The notes below the pieces were generated by a model. The model was not told where the DNA came from, ran no database searches, and was given only the letters and a program-made list of their open reading frames with translations. From Paragordius varius (lineage: Eukaryota > Animalia > Nematomorpha), in contig OZ176057.1 in assembly GCA_964247055.1 (NCBI GenBank), positions 1,426,001-1,490,000 of the forward strand: 64,000 nt of DNA, written 5' to 3'. Shown in pieces: positions 34,024 to 48,270 of the stretch (position 1 is the stretch's first letter; each line of letters begins with the position of its first letter). The position numbers and the translations under genes are program-made.

Positions 34024-37000
34024 TGGAAAAAATTTCAATCGAAGGATACGATGACACTTATGATTTTGCTACCTATATCAGATATGTCAAAAGGGTTATG
34101 ATCTCCAAAAATGTTGATATAAATGATGATACTATCAAAGTACTGTTTTTGACTGGAGCTGGTCTTAAAACAAATAAGATCGAAACAAGGATTTTTCCGG
34201 AATCATTTGATGATGCTCCTTGGTCTATAATTTATGACATTGGTCTTAAACTTTTCTCACCTGCCAAGTCTGTCTTCGCTGCAAGGTTTGAGTTTGCTCG
34301 TTTGCGGAGAAATGATGGAGAAACATTCACGGAATTTTCGCAAAGAGTCAAGAGTGTGGCGGAAAGACTGAATTTCAAACAGAGGTGGAGGAGAGAATTA
34401 GAGACAGTTTTGTGGCTGGATTAAATTTGCAATCATTGGAAGTGGATCTTTATTCACGATTCCCCGATGCGAAGTGTGATGGGAAGGCGGTGTCATTAAC
34501 CACCATTGTCGACATGGCCTTGGCTCAGGAACTTGCAAGGGCCGATATTGCCTCCCATGTGTCGTCAAGCAGTATCCTCAAAATTCAAAAGAATCGGTCG
34601 AATGATAATAATAATTATAAGAGTAATAATATGGAATGTAAAAAAAATGATGATGGCAATAATAATAAATAGAAGCGGATGGCAAATGTGGTAAATTGCA
34701 TATACCAAAACAATGTCCCGCGTTCGGAAAAATATGCCACAATTGTAATAAAAAAATCATTTTCAGGCAATGTGTCGCCATAAAAAACGATATAGTGATA
34801 ATATAAACGCTAATTATAATAAATGGGGCACACAAGCGAACATTTGCGCTACGATTAATGGCCAAGCTGTCAGTATGGTTTTTGATACTGGAGCTGCTGC
34901 TTCTCTGATTAATAAAAATGTTTGGAAGACGGTGAGAGCACCGTTACTAAAAGGTGTTCCCAGATTAACTTCCTACGGAAACAACCCAATCAAACTCTTG
35001 GGAAAAACAGTTGTCAATTAACAATGGGAAATATTACTTATGTGACGGAAGAAGAGCTATCTCCGATATTTGGGCTGCCTTGGATCATTGGTTGTGGCAT
35101 GACCTTATCGGATAACGTGAGTGTTAATCAAATAACATCTAATAATAATAATGGTCATGATGATGTATTCAAGCGGTTTCCAAAACTCTTTAACGGGAAA
35201 TTGGGTTGTTACAACGGTGATCCTGTCAAATTTTATGTCCAATCAGATGCAATACCAAAAGTGTGCGCTGCAAGGCGAATTCCATTGGCACTACAGAGTA
35301 AAGTAGAGATGGAAATGCAGAGACTAATGGACCTGGGATTAGTGAGTCCCGTTGATCCTACACAACACCATGTGGAATGGGCGACTCCTACGGTTAACGT
35401 CGTAAAAACTAATGATTTTGGTGTGCGCTGATTTCCGGGTAACTATCAATTCTTTGATGGAGAACATATCTCAGATTATCCCGACATTTGACACGATCGC
35501 GTCCAAATGTGCGGGATCCACATGGTTCTTGTCCATTATTTAAAGGACGCATACCAAATTCCGGTGGATGTGGAAAGTAAAAAATATTTAGTTATTACTA
35601 CCCCGATGGGATATTTCCAATTTAATCGCCTACCATTTGGATTGAAGGTTTCCATACTTTTCCAAAGAATAATGGATGAGGTACTCAAAGATTGCAGGGG
35701 CACAATGGCTTATCTCGACGATGTCTTGATTGTTGGTAAAACTAAAGATGAACATGATAAAAATCTTAGCAAGACCTTAACAAGGTTACAAAAATGCGGG
35801 TTTACGTTAAGAAAAGATAAATTAAAACTGTATCAGAAGAATATTAAATTTTTGGGTTTTGAGTTATCAAAACAGGGAATTCGCCCTGTCAAGATAAAAT
35901 CGGCGCCATTACTAAATGTGCAACACCTACCAATAAAACTGAGTTAAGATCATTTTTGGGATTGCTCAATTTTTATGAACGTTTTATTCCTGGCTTACAT
36001 GTCAAAGTTAGTAACCTACATGCACTAACATGATCCAAAAAGGAATGGAGATGGTCACAAGAACATCAAAATGAATTTAAGCAAGCAAAAAACTTAATAT
36101 CAAGAGAATCTTTACTTGCCACTTATAATAATAAAACAATAATACAAGTGGATGCGTCTACAAAAGGCTTTGGAGCTGTACTTCTGCAAATGGAGACTAA
36201 GAGAATGGTGCCAATTGCATTCGCGTCAAAAATGCCAGAAAGCAAAGAAAAATTATTCTGTGATTGAATTGGAAACCAAGGCTTTGCTATTTGGTTTAGA
36301 AAAATTCCATTATTATATTTATGGACAGAAATGTGAGGTCTGGTCAGATCATAAGCCGTTAGTTCATTTATTCGGAAACAATAGGAAGTTAAGCGATATA
36401 AAAACTGTAAATTGTTAAGATGGATCTACAAGGCCGCCGCGTATGATTTTGATATGAAATATATTGCGGGATCGACAAACATGGCCGATGTGTTTTCAAG
36501 ACTTCCCGAAAGTCAGACACCATTAGCCAATGATGATGAATATGTGAAATCCGACAAATCGCATTCGTCGATTTAAATTTAAATAAAACGCAAATAAAAA
36601 AAGATTGTTTGGAGGATAAACTGTAAAAACGACTACATATGGCACTTAAAAATAATGATTGGTCAGCACCGGAATCATCCGCATTCAAACCCGTTAGAAA
36701 TGATCTCAAACAAGCCGATGGTTTCGTATATGTTGGTGATCGGTTGGTTATCCCAACAGCTGCGCGAAGACGAATTTTGGCTTGGTTTTATGTTGGACAT
36801 CCGGGGATTGCTATGAAAAACACAGCCAGGTCGTTGGTGTTTTGGCCCGGAATGGATAAGGACATTGAAGAGTTAGTACACGACTGTCAGTGTTGTCAGA
36901 GGAACAGGGCGAACGTTGCTGAGAATCCGGTATATAAATGGAACTTCAATGTGGGAATATGGGAAAGACTCCATGTGGACATCGCGGGTCCCATGTGTGG

Positions 37001-37700
37001 TAAATATTGGTTGGTTTTAATTGACGCGTTCTCAAGATGGGTGGAGGTGGAGATACTTAGCAGTATTACATCTGATGTGATTTTGAAACAATTGGAGAAA
37101 TGGTTTTCCTCTTATGGTTTTCCAAGAATGCTAGTATCTGATAATGCTACTTATTTCAAATCATTCAATTTTCGAGAAAAGATGACAAACTGGAACGTTA
37201 ATCATGTGATGTCGGCTCCTTACCACCCAAGTACAAATGGTTTGGTGGAAAGAGTAATTTATACGTTGAAATCAAGATTTCGTTCCACGATGATGACTGG
37301 CGTGAAGAGTCAAGAGGCTTTAAATAATGTTTTATTGGCCTATCGAAATTCATGGCATAACGAGATAAAGACGACCCCCGCATCGTTGTTTTTGAAGAGG
37401 AACATCAACATACCGTTGAATTGGTTGCAAGATAAAGAAACGCCTAAAGAAAGTACACCACCGAGACCCTTAAGAGAATTTACGCCTGATCAGTCAATAT
37501 TTATAGAATCGATACATCTAGAGGATAGCGACCGGGTACGGTTGAAGTAAGGACGGGGCCGTTATCGTACGAAGTAAAGGATGAAGATGCAAAAGAGATG
37601 AGGAAACATGCCGATCAACTGAGGTCGGATGGTGAGCAGAGTGAGGCCCCCAGGCGTTACCCAGATCGAGTCCGCAAACCTCCTAAGCGTTTTTTAGAGG
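34023..37700 (+). pseudogene. gag-pol: Disrupted gag-pol of the second LTR element
   Basis: Fragments with FDTGAA protease, YLDD RT, VDAS RNase H, HVDIAG/VSDNA/NGLVER integrase; many frameshifts and at least two nonsense codons (HALT*, DKL*). Confidence 0.9.
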
Positions 37701-37710
37701 ATGAAGAGAA
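37696..37710 (+). promoter_or_regulatory. Polypurine tract
   Basis: AGAGGATGAAGAGAA directly before the 3' LTR. Confidence 0.8.
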
Positions 37711-37956
37711 TGATATGTAGTTGATATTACAACATTGCATCATTGTATTTTTATCTTACATCATATTATTATATTAATCGCGTTTGGCGTTTATGTTCGT
37801 GCGTCATTATTAGTGGAATTCTCATATGTAAATTCGTAAAATAAAAGACATATTTTTACAATTGTGACGCACATGCATGTTAAAATTATCATTAATAAAA
37901 AAACGAAATTTTTAATAAATTATCATTGTTTTGTATTTTCACCAAGATTCATATTA
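37711..37956 (+). repeat. 3' LTR (246 bp)
   Basis: Matches 33756-34012. Confidence 0.93.
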
Positions 37957-37999
37957 CTGTGTAATATACCACACCGATGGTGTAAAACAGGCAAAGTAT

Positions 38000-38965
38000 G
38001 TTTTAATTTTGTACTGTGTCAAAGTTCAAAATATCTGGTCACATTAGCGAAAGATGATTCACTCAATTCAATAATTAAAACGGTTGTGGATATAGTTAAC
38101 CACATTCATGACAGAGAAATCAACCGTCGTAAATTAAAAACCTTCTGAAAAATATCCACACTGAGTTTGATGATATTCTTTTGTACACCGCTGTGATATG
38201 GCTAAGTCTTAGCAAAGTATTAAATAGATTTTTTGTTTTAAGACATGAATTTTATAAAAGATAACAAAACCTTTGACGAGAAAATAATAGTGACAAATGG
38301 TGAGTTTTATTAGCCTACCTTTGCGACATTACTTATAAATTTAGTACTTTTAATACAAGCGTTTAAGGGAGCAAAATAAAAATCCAATTGCTAATCAAAT
38401 ATTTGCTTTGAAGAAATTTTAGTAATATATAAACAAGAATTTATAAATAAAGCACCACTATATTTTCCAACACTCAAAACGATTCATGAAGAAAATATGG
38501 AATTCACCGTGGAGATTAGCTTAATAATGGACAATCATTTAACATTTTTATCTAATGAGATGAAATTTAGATTTTAAGAATTAAGAAATATTAAAAATTG
38601 CTTAAAACTATTTGAAAATCATGGAATATGGATATATCCAATATTAAGCAACTTGAGCATTTCGGTTTCGATCAAGCGCATATCAGAAGAATTCTTAGAT
38701 TTTATAAATGATTCCAATTTGGAGACTATATTCAAGTAGAATCGTAGAGAAGAAAGATATGAAGAGTTTTGGCAAGATATGCCAAATAAATATCAGAATA
38801 TAAAAAAATGTGCGCAAGTTATCCTACTGTTTGTTTTCCTCAACTTACACGTGTGAGATGGCATATTCTAAAATGAAGTGTGTCAAGAACACATGCAGAA
38901 ATCTCCGATTACAGAGACGACGTATAAAGATTAGCCTGTCATGAGAAACCGATTTGTCAAAAATT
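38000..38965 (+). mobile_element. Decayed hAT transposase remnant (GTF2IRD2/SPIN/Buster-like)
   Basis: Frameshifted peptides IKTVVDIVNHIH, DDILLYTAV(I)WLS..KVLNRFF, FSSTYTCEMAYSKMK. Confidence 0.75.
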
Positions 38966-41900
38966 AATGGTTAATATCAAAATAAATGTTGTTATCCAAA
39001 TATTTTAAATTTTTAGACTAAATCGTGCAAAACGAGTTTTTAGCTGGATTATGCGATCCGCAAAAAATTCATTGTGCTGATTTAGAGTATAAATATGTGC
39101 ATATGTTGTGTCAACTAGATATGGAATACATTATAAGGTTCATGGCCCTCGGAAAAAAATATATTTTATTTGGCCCGTCAAATTTTTTGGTGATAGCGAA
39201 ATATATAAACACTTCTAAATACTATTTGTACACTTTTTATAGGTGAGAATATATCTATCAATCACATCTGAATTCAAAAATTCGTTTGCTTTTGGGTGAT
39301 TTTTTAAAAATAATTCATCAACATTAATTTAAAGACGATGGAATATTTTTATCGAAATTTTGAGGTATTATGAGAGCCATTAGAAAGTGTTTTAACACTT
39401 GGATACAACACATATTTTAGTCCTTCGATTCAAATTGGGGTAGTTTAATACCCCAGGCCTGTTTAAAATTAAATTTCAAAAAATATGGAAGAAATCGAAA
39501 CCATGGCAAAATTTTGCACTTATATAACATTAATAAACCGAAATATATAAAAAAATTTAATTAAAAATTCTTGATATTACATATTTTAAGCAAAAACCGA
39601 AAGGTAATTTGGTCATTGTGTGAAAAATAATACAAAATAAACCGCTCTTTCTGTTTCTATCAATGTTAGATGTAATTTAAATAAAAAATAAGCTCTAATT
39701 CTACCCTTAAAATTAAAGAAAGACGATATTTTGCAAAAATTTTGTAAAATAAAAATGGCGGCGAAGTAGTTTGACACGGAATTTTTTTAAAACAAAATTT
39801 CATTTAGATATTTTGGCTAATTTATATAATTATTATTAGGATAGAAGCATAGATTTAAATTAAGACCGTTTCTTTCAGTAGTTTTTTAAAAATACTAAAT
39901 CAAATTTTGTCTGGGGTATTTAGATGCCCCAAAATGAATTAAATGTTAATACCGTTTCCATCATGCCTTAAAATAATGTGATATACGTTTCAACAAAGTT
40001 TTGGTGTTAAAAATTTTTTGAATGTGTGCATTTTTTTGATGCCATTATCTAACCTATGTTAGAAAATGTCTAAAAATCTCTTTTCCTATATTTTAACACT
40101 TTATGACCATTTCCATCAGTTTATCCCAATAAGATTTAACGTGTTAGTCCTGATAGTATCCTTTCTTAAGCCTCGTGGCGCATAATATAAAGCTTTTTTC
40201 AAATCTATTTAGAATTCTCAACTCAATCTATTTGGCCGCCCATTTTCTCTAAGTTTTTTTAATCCCTAATACAATAGGCAAATAAATGGACAATATGGTT
40301 CGAAAATGTGAGGAATTAATTCTAGTAAGCTTTTAAGTCGTATTAAAAACTTGATATTCATGAATTTAAAATCATCTCTTTAGTTCAATCATTTGGAGCT
40401 ATGCCAACTTAACACTCCTGGAATTCATAAAAATGTAAGATTTTTATTTAACATAGGACACTGGTGATAATTAAACTTTAACTAAAACTTTTCAGTCTTT
40501 AAGAATGAACTCTGGGGGAGTTAACTAACTTAATATAAAGGTGAAAATTTTAAGTGTTAAGTAAATATCTGAATTTTGAAGGGCGAAAAATTTAAACGCT
40601 TAAAAATTAAAAAAAGTGTTTTGTTTTTGTATCTTGTTTATGATATATTTTATTGATATTTTTTGGAATGAAGCATTTAGCTTTTACCAAAAATTTTTTT
40701 GAAATGCGCGATTTTGCCATTTTTTCATATGGGCAGTTACCACAAAAGTGTAAATAACTTTCTTTAATTTAAGGCCACAACCTAAACATGAGATTCTTAT
40801 TTATTTACTTCAGAATTATATTTATCAGGATATTTTTTATGGATTCTTGTTTAAATGGCATAAATTCAATTTGGCCTTATTTAATAACTTATAAAAAAAT
40901 AGAATAGTTGGCTTGCAGTGGACACTTAAAATTCAAATTGAGTTAAAAAGATGCATACATATAAAATTAAATTTTAAATTTTTTCATTTCCTTTTTAATC
41001 TACATATATTATGTATTAATTGAATTTAAATGTTAAACAATAATAGTAATCTATAAAAAATATCACTAAATTTAGCTACAATTAGATGTTAATTTATACG
41101 CCACTAACAAGAGTATTTGATTACGGAAAACATTACAATTGATAATAAACACTTGGATACGGATTAATTGGCAGAATGATGCAGTATATGCTATAAACTC
41201 CCCACAATCACAAATATTCCAAGATAAAAATATAGACTTTAAACTCATGAATGACACGCTATAGAATAAAATTAAAATAAATAGTGGTTAAACACTCATT
41301 TGCTTGTAAAATTCCTTATTAGCTATTCGATATCATTAAAGTTAACACAATCAATTATGTATTTGATTGTATTTAAAAGACGACCTAAGCAGTCTATCTT
41401 GATTTAAATAATTGAAATATGCTAAATTATATCAATTTTTACTTTATAATTTAAATTTTAGTTTATATTTTAATTTTATTTTTTACGTTTGACAAAGATT
41501 ACTTGTAGTAATCGAAATATCAGAATAAATTTATATAATTTTTGCTGAATTATTGCATATATAATAATATAATAGTATAATTAATTATAAGATATAAAAA
41601 CTTTTAAAATTGTATTTTAATATCTAATAAACTAACCAATTGTAATATTATAGTGTAATAATTGGTGCATTTAATATACCTTTAATTTCTTCCTCGCTAA
41701 TTAAATTTTCTTCAAGAGATTTTAGGCATAGTGCGCCACATCGAATTCCTAAAGCAAAGAAAAAGGCTTAAAAATTAAAAGAAAAACATAATTTAAAACC
41801 TATTATATAGCAGTGGTACTCAACCGCGGCCAGCATGCGGCCCTAAGAGTGCTTTTTCCCTATGACCATATTGATACTTTAATTATTTTTTATTAATCAA

Positions 41901-43488
41901 TTTTTTAAATACATATATACGATTGTCGCTTATAATATTAATTTTCTTTAGATTGAATTCTGGTAATTTTTATTTTTTACCCAATTCGAAACGTAAAAAT
42001 TGGAGTGAATAAAAAGCTAAGGACTAAAAAAATTAACATTAGATTATTAACGAAACACTTGTTTTCAAGTAAATAAAAAAATTTATTAAAGGAAACCCTA
42101 CATATTTTTTAGGATGTTAAATACCATCCTTAACTATTTAGAAATTTAATTACAATCGATAGTAGAGGATCAAACAAGGCAGTTAGAGCTAATACGGTTT
42201 TGATATTAGATTCCATAAGGTTAAAATTTCAAGTTTTAAATTAATGTTATATATTTTAGATTTTTCTATTATATATAGAATTCAGTGCAAAAATTAAATG
42301 TTTGCCCTAGATTTTTGATAAGAAACAAAAAAACATATAAAACATGCATGAGAATCAATTATCTGAAATGAAACAAATTCTACGATTCAATATCAAACAA
42401 TAAACTTTATGACAAAATACTTTCCCCTGATTTTGATGAAAGAAGAGGAGGAGCCCTGAGTCTGCGACAAAATTAAGAATTTTTTTAAGATTTCCCGCAG
42501 ATCCATGGCATCAAATTATTATTAAGCTAATTTTTGGGATGAACTTTTTAACAAATCTCATTTCTTATAATGCAAGCGACAAAAATTTAAAGTCAATCAT
42601 TATATTATGTGATTCTTGTCAAATGAAAATTTATATAAAAACTATTATTTTATCATCAAACGAAATGTATAAATAAATTTTAAGCTATTTATCATTTATT
42701 ATTATAAAATGTGAATTAGATTGTCATAATAATTAGGAATTCTTCCGATTCAGTGCGATCTTTTATGATAAAGAATTTATAAAAATTTCCTCCAATTCCG
42801 TGCGTTCTTTTATGACCTTTCCTGTAATATTTAAATCATATTTTTTTGATTGAAGTTTTCATATTATCTATCGCTTTTCTTATCTGATCAATCTCATAAT
42901 AATTCTTTGTTTTTGTCAACAGCTTCTTTTGAAAGTTTTTATAGGCTTCTTTTTAGAATTACAACATACGTTCATAATTTTACTTAAAACTATGGGATAT
43001 ATAAAATATTATTAGGTTACTTTACTAGAAGAGCTATCAATTTTTCTTTGGGTATACATATATCGGTTTTAGGCATGTTATTTAGTTTAAGGAAACTCGA
43101 TAACTCAGATGTGTTTATTATAAGGAAACCCTTTATTTGAAAAAGTGAGCATAGGAAACATTTAAAGGGTTTTCTTTTTTTATTTACTCCAACCTTAGAC
43201 TTTTTTAAATACTAGGAACCGATATAGGACTACCAAAACACAAAGGCTCTATTTTTCAATCCTATATGTATATGCAAAAAAACCGTTATTTGACAATAGG
43301 TATTTATAAAAAACGCGAATTACTTTTTTTTGTAAAATGTGGCAAAGAATATGATCGACTACTGAATTTTTTTTTATATACTTTAATTTATTTAATTTCA
43401 ATAAAAATTTAAATTATGCGCCAAAAACTAAAAATATAAGGACAAAATATTTTAATAATCGCTCTACATATTTAAATTTTATAATATA

Positions 43489-43741
43489 CAGTAATAACTA
43501 TTATACTGACAAAACGTAAAAAGACAAATATTTTTTTTAAACACAACCATACCATACTTTAAAATCTTGATTTATTTCAATATAACTCATTTGAAATAGA
43601 AATATATATATTACTAACACAATTAATATTATTTATATAGATGTAACTAAATAGCTAGTATGAAAAAAATTAATTTTAAAAAGTATGGGTATCTTTTAGT
43701 TAAAAATATCTGTCTTTATATTTTTATTTGATAATTTACTG
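43489..43741. mobile_element. Tc1/mariner-type MITE, same family as 21905-22167
   Basis: TA|CAGTAA...TTTACTG|TA; tatactgacaaaacgtaaaaagacaaatattttt motif and its inverse. Confidence 0.65.
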
Positions 43742-46700
43742 TATAACTCGTTGTCTTTATTGCAAAGTAAAAGAAATAAAGATATTGGCAACAAATCAAC
43801 TCTCTATCTTACCATTATAATTAAATAATTTATATGGGAAAAATTGCGGTCTTAAAGTATGGTTGTCTTTTGATCTAAACATTTATTTGTCTTTATGTTT
43901 TTACTTATAATTTCAATTTTTACTGCATATATAATTAAATGGTCAAATATGGGGTTTAATATCTCTAAAACATACAAATTTAACATCGGCTATAATATAA
44001 TATTTTCATACGGTGGTTTGTTAAACAATATTAGATTTGGCCCCTGTAGTTTTCCAGACCGCATTCAAGTACGATGTTATGGCTACAATCTTCTTGCTAT
44101 ATAATATTAAAATTCAAAACATTAAAATTATTAGCTTAACAATTGATAGAAAATATTATAAAATTAAAAAGTTATGATCCTAATAAATAAGGAAAAAATT
44201 AATTCTGAGGTCAAACACTTTTATATAATAAAAATAATAGATATTAGTGTTAAACCGGTTTTTGTATCCAATAATCATAATTTGCGCCGATGAACCCATT
44301 TAAAACGACAAGGACCACACTTGATTTATTTAAAAGTAGAGAAAAATACGGACACTAAATTTAATACCAATTGAATCAATTTGGATTATAAATATTATAT
44401 ATATCAGGGTTGTCCAACATTTAATTTATTCTTTATCAAAAAAGAAAACCTTTATTCTATAAACAGAAAGGGAAAAATTTACTGCACGGGGGGGTTTTCA
44501 TCATTACACGTCTTGGCATTACCATCGCATTTGTAATTAATTAGCATGTTATATATGCCATTTTTTGCACTATTCTTTGAACCAACATTCATACTCTTTG
44601 AACAGTAAAATACTTGTGTTTTACTGAAATTATTTGTCCTTCAACAATATGGTAGGATGGTAATTCATAAATCAAATAAAAACTAAAGGGTATCTTCAAG
44701 CCAGGAGTGCCAAAAAGTAACGCATGTATCAACTCCATATATTTTCTTAGTGGTCCTAAATAATGGAAATAATAAAAATTTAATACACGGACAAAACTTA
44801 CAAAATTAAAACTATACAAACAAAACGTATAAATATAAAGACAAATATTTTTATCTAAGACAATCATACTTTTAAAATCTTAAATATAACTGATTTTTTG
44901 AAAATAAATAAAATATCGTATATATATTAGTAATACAATCAATTAAAAAGTATGGTTGTCTTTAAAAAAAAATATTTGTCGTTATGGTTTAACGTTTTGT
45001 TCGTATAATATCAATTTTTACTGTAAATAAACGGGTAATATCCGAAAATTAAAACTTATTTTTATTGTTTTAATATAAATCAAATATCCTATTCTTTTTA
45101 TGGAATATAATTAAATATCAAAAAAATTACATTTTACTTAATAATTAAAGGTTTATAAAAAATTTTTTTAACACTCCATGACCTTTTGGGGTATTTTTAT
45201 ATCCCGGAGAGATTTAAAATTAAAATGACCTTTTAGAATATACAAAAATTTTTATCTAATAAATGTAAATTGTAAAAAAATCCTCTCAAACTTTGTCGCC
45301 GCTATTTTTTTGGTTAGTTTTGTTTAATCACTATAATGCAACAGGCAAATACATGTATTTTATATTTAGAAAAATAATTAACTTTAAAAATCTTTCAGTC
45401 TACATTTACCAGCAAAAATTGATATATTTTTATGTTAATATCAGCTGTTCGTTTCAATCGTGTTTAAGAGCTATCCCAATTTTATTCTCTGAAAGTCACA
45501 AAACTGTAAAAATATAAAGTTTGTTCTCTTATTACATGGGAACAATGTGTTTAATTAGTAGAACCATATTAATTTGTAAAACAGAGTTTATTACAAAATT
45601 GAGTTCTGTGATATAAAAACATCCCAATATGTCATCGTGGACAAAAAAGTGAAAAAGTTTATAAAGTGTTAACAAAGACAAAAATATAAAAAATAAAGTT
45701 CAGTAAAAAAGTTTGAAAAAACAATACACTATTCTAAAAAGGGGTTTGAAACGGAGATTAGGGTTTTGAAAAAAGATTATATTAAAGCCTAATATTTTAT
45801 TTAGTACGTCTCAAAATAAAAAAATTTGGTTCACTATCAATATACGAGATGTGCGGATATATGGCCCCAGACTGCCTATATAGGATTGTATAGAATGGAA
45901 TTCGTATTTGCTTAAATAGCGTTTCAACACGTGGGCGGAATTCGGTAATCGCATAATTCGTTCAATTTTCTGTAGCTTTCTTTTAACCTGATATAACATA
46001 TACAGTAAAAGTAAAATGTAAAAATAAAAAGGCAAATATATTATTTTTCAAAAAGCAACCATACTTTTTAAGCCTTTATTTATTCCAAAAAACCATGTGT
46101 ATTTAAACAACAAATTAAATTTGAAAACTCAAGTTTGAAAAAGTAAAGCGGTTTGAGAAAAATATTATCATTATATTTTAATATTTTGTCTGTAAAATTT
46201 CAGTTTTTACATTGGGCTAAAATGATTGATCAAAATTTCTTACAACTCAAACTGCTAAAAACAGATAAAAAACTTTTTCATAAAAAGCTGGATAGCTTAC
46301 GATGGTGAACCATCAAAACTAACTGTTAACAACAAGAACAACATATAATAAAGCTATTTCAAATCTTTATTTCAATCTAAATTTTTTTTATACATATTTA
46401 ACACTTCAATAGCATTTCACTTTTTTGTCCTACCTTTTGGAGTAGCTTTATATCACACAGTCCAATTTTATCTACAGTTTTGGATGTTAATTTAGTTAAT
46501 CAAGCACTGTTCTTATATATTAGAAAATAAGCTTATATTTTTCAATTTTTATGACTTTTAGACCCTAAAATTGGGGCAGCTTCAAAACACGATTGAAACG
46601 AACAGTTGATAATAAAAAATATATTAATCTTTGCTGGCAAAATGTAGCCTAAAATTAGAGCTATCATACATTTTATAACCATAATATACAGTTATTTGCC

Positions 46701-47429
46701 TATTGCGTTAGCGATTTAAAAAAAATTTATAGAAAAAAATGGTGGCTAAAAAGTTTGGGTTGATGATTTTTTTACAATTTTAGATTTTTTAAAAATTTAT
46801 TTATGTATAATGCGCCTAAAAGACTAAAGAAAGGAAATTTAAAATCAGCTTATTTATTTTTATAATATTCGAATTTTAAATCGCTATTTCCTATTTACAA
46901 TAATATAAAATCTATGTCAAAATCTGTGATGATTGGTACCTTTAAAGCTTGAATTAACCAATCAATATGGATTGATCCCTATATATATATACAGTATGCA
47001 TTTTAATGTGTGTTAAGGAATTTTATTGCCAGTCAAATAACATAAATGGTTTATCAAATGCGTAAAATACTGATCCACAATATTTCGTAGTACACATATG
47101 AAAAATAGGATTGTAGAATTAACATAGGCTTTAGTTTGATGGATATTCTGTAATGTTAAATTTTGATAATATAGATATTTTTGTTAACATTTGAATTTAT
47201 TGTTGATACGTATTTAGATGCGGAATTTGGGTTTTTATCTTTTAATAAATTAATAAATAGTAAAATAGGTATTTTTAGATTTTTTATGTTTATTATTCCT
47301 AATAATAATTAGTATTTTTCAACACGATAAATACCTGTTTAATCAAAATTGGTATTAAGGTAAATATATATTTGTGAAATTTTTTGCATTGTTAATTATT
47401 AATATTTTTAAGTATTTAGACATTTTAAT

Positions 47430-48270
47430 CAGGTAAAAATTGCGGTTTTTAATAAATTTAGTCAAATTTAATTTTTTTTTGTTTTAGTATTTTAACATTG
47501 TTAAATGTAATAAATTACTACATTTTTTGGACATTTTAATAAATACAGTGTTTTCAATAAATTTAGTAAAATTAATTGTTTATTAGGTTTTGCATTGCTA
47601 TTTGTAATTAATTACTAAATATTTTGGAAATTTTAGTAAATACAGGTAAAAATTGCGGTATTTAATAAATTATTTAAATTCTTTTTGTTTTTTTTATTTA
47701 AAATTGTTTATTGTAATTAATTACCACATATTTTGGACATTTTAATAAATCCAGGTAAAAATTGCGGTTTTTAAATTTGGTCAAATATAATTTTTATGTT
47801 TTATTTATTCAACATTGCTAATTGTAATTAATTACTACATATTTTTGACATTTTAACAATTACGGAAAATTGCGTAATAAATATAGTAAAAAAATAATTT
47901 TTTTATTTAACATTGTTAATTGTAATTACAACATATTTTGGACATTTTAATAAAGGTAAAAATTGCGGTATTCAATAAATTTTGTCAAGTTTAATTTTTT
48001 TTGTTTTTTATTTAATTTTGTTTATAAATTATGTTATTTTGACATACTATAATAAAGACAGGTAATAACAGATTTAAGAATTTTTTGTTTCTTCTGTATT
48101 GCATTGTTAATTAATAACAATTTTAAAATATTTTTGTTATAATTAACAAAACAGGTAAAAATATTTGGGCGTGAGAAATTTTTTTATTATTTTTTAGGTA
48201 TTTTATTGTAATTATTAAAATTTTCAAATATTTTTGTTATATTAATAAATAATGGTAAAAATATTTTAGT
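47430..48270 (+). repeat. Tandem array of ~105-115-bp units in the left arm
   Basis: About 7-8 repeats of acaggtaaaaattgcggt...taataaattt. Confidence 0.8.

Larger units (their letters stand above)
33756..37956 (+). mobile_element. Second Ty3/gypsy (Mag-like) LTR retrotransposon, decayed
   Basis: LTRs 33756-34012 and 37711-37956; perfect 5-bp TSD CTGTG (33751-33755, 37957-37961); PBS; PPT; fragmented gag-pol homologous to the first element. Confidence 0.95.

Noticed and set aside
40100-40450. Possible LINE C-terminal remnant on the minus strand
   Set aside because: Too degenerate; no diagnostic motif could be read with confidence.
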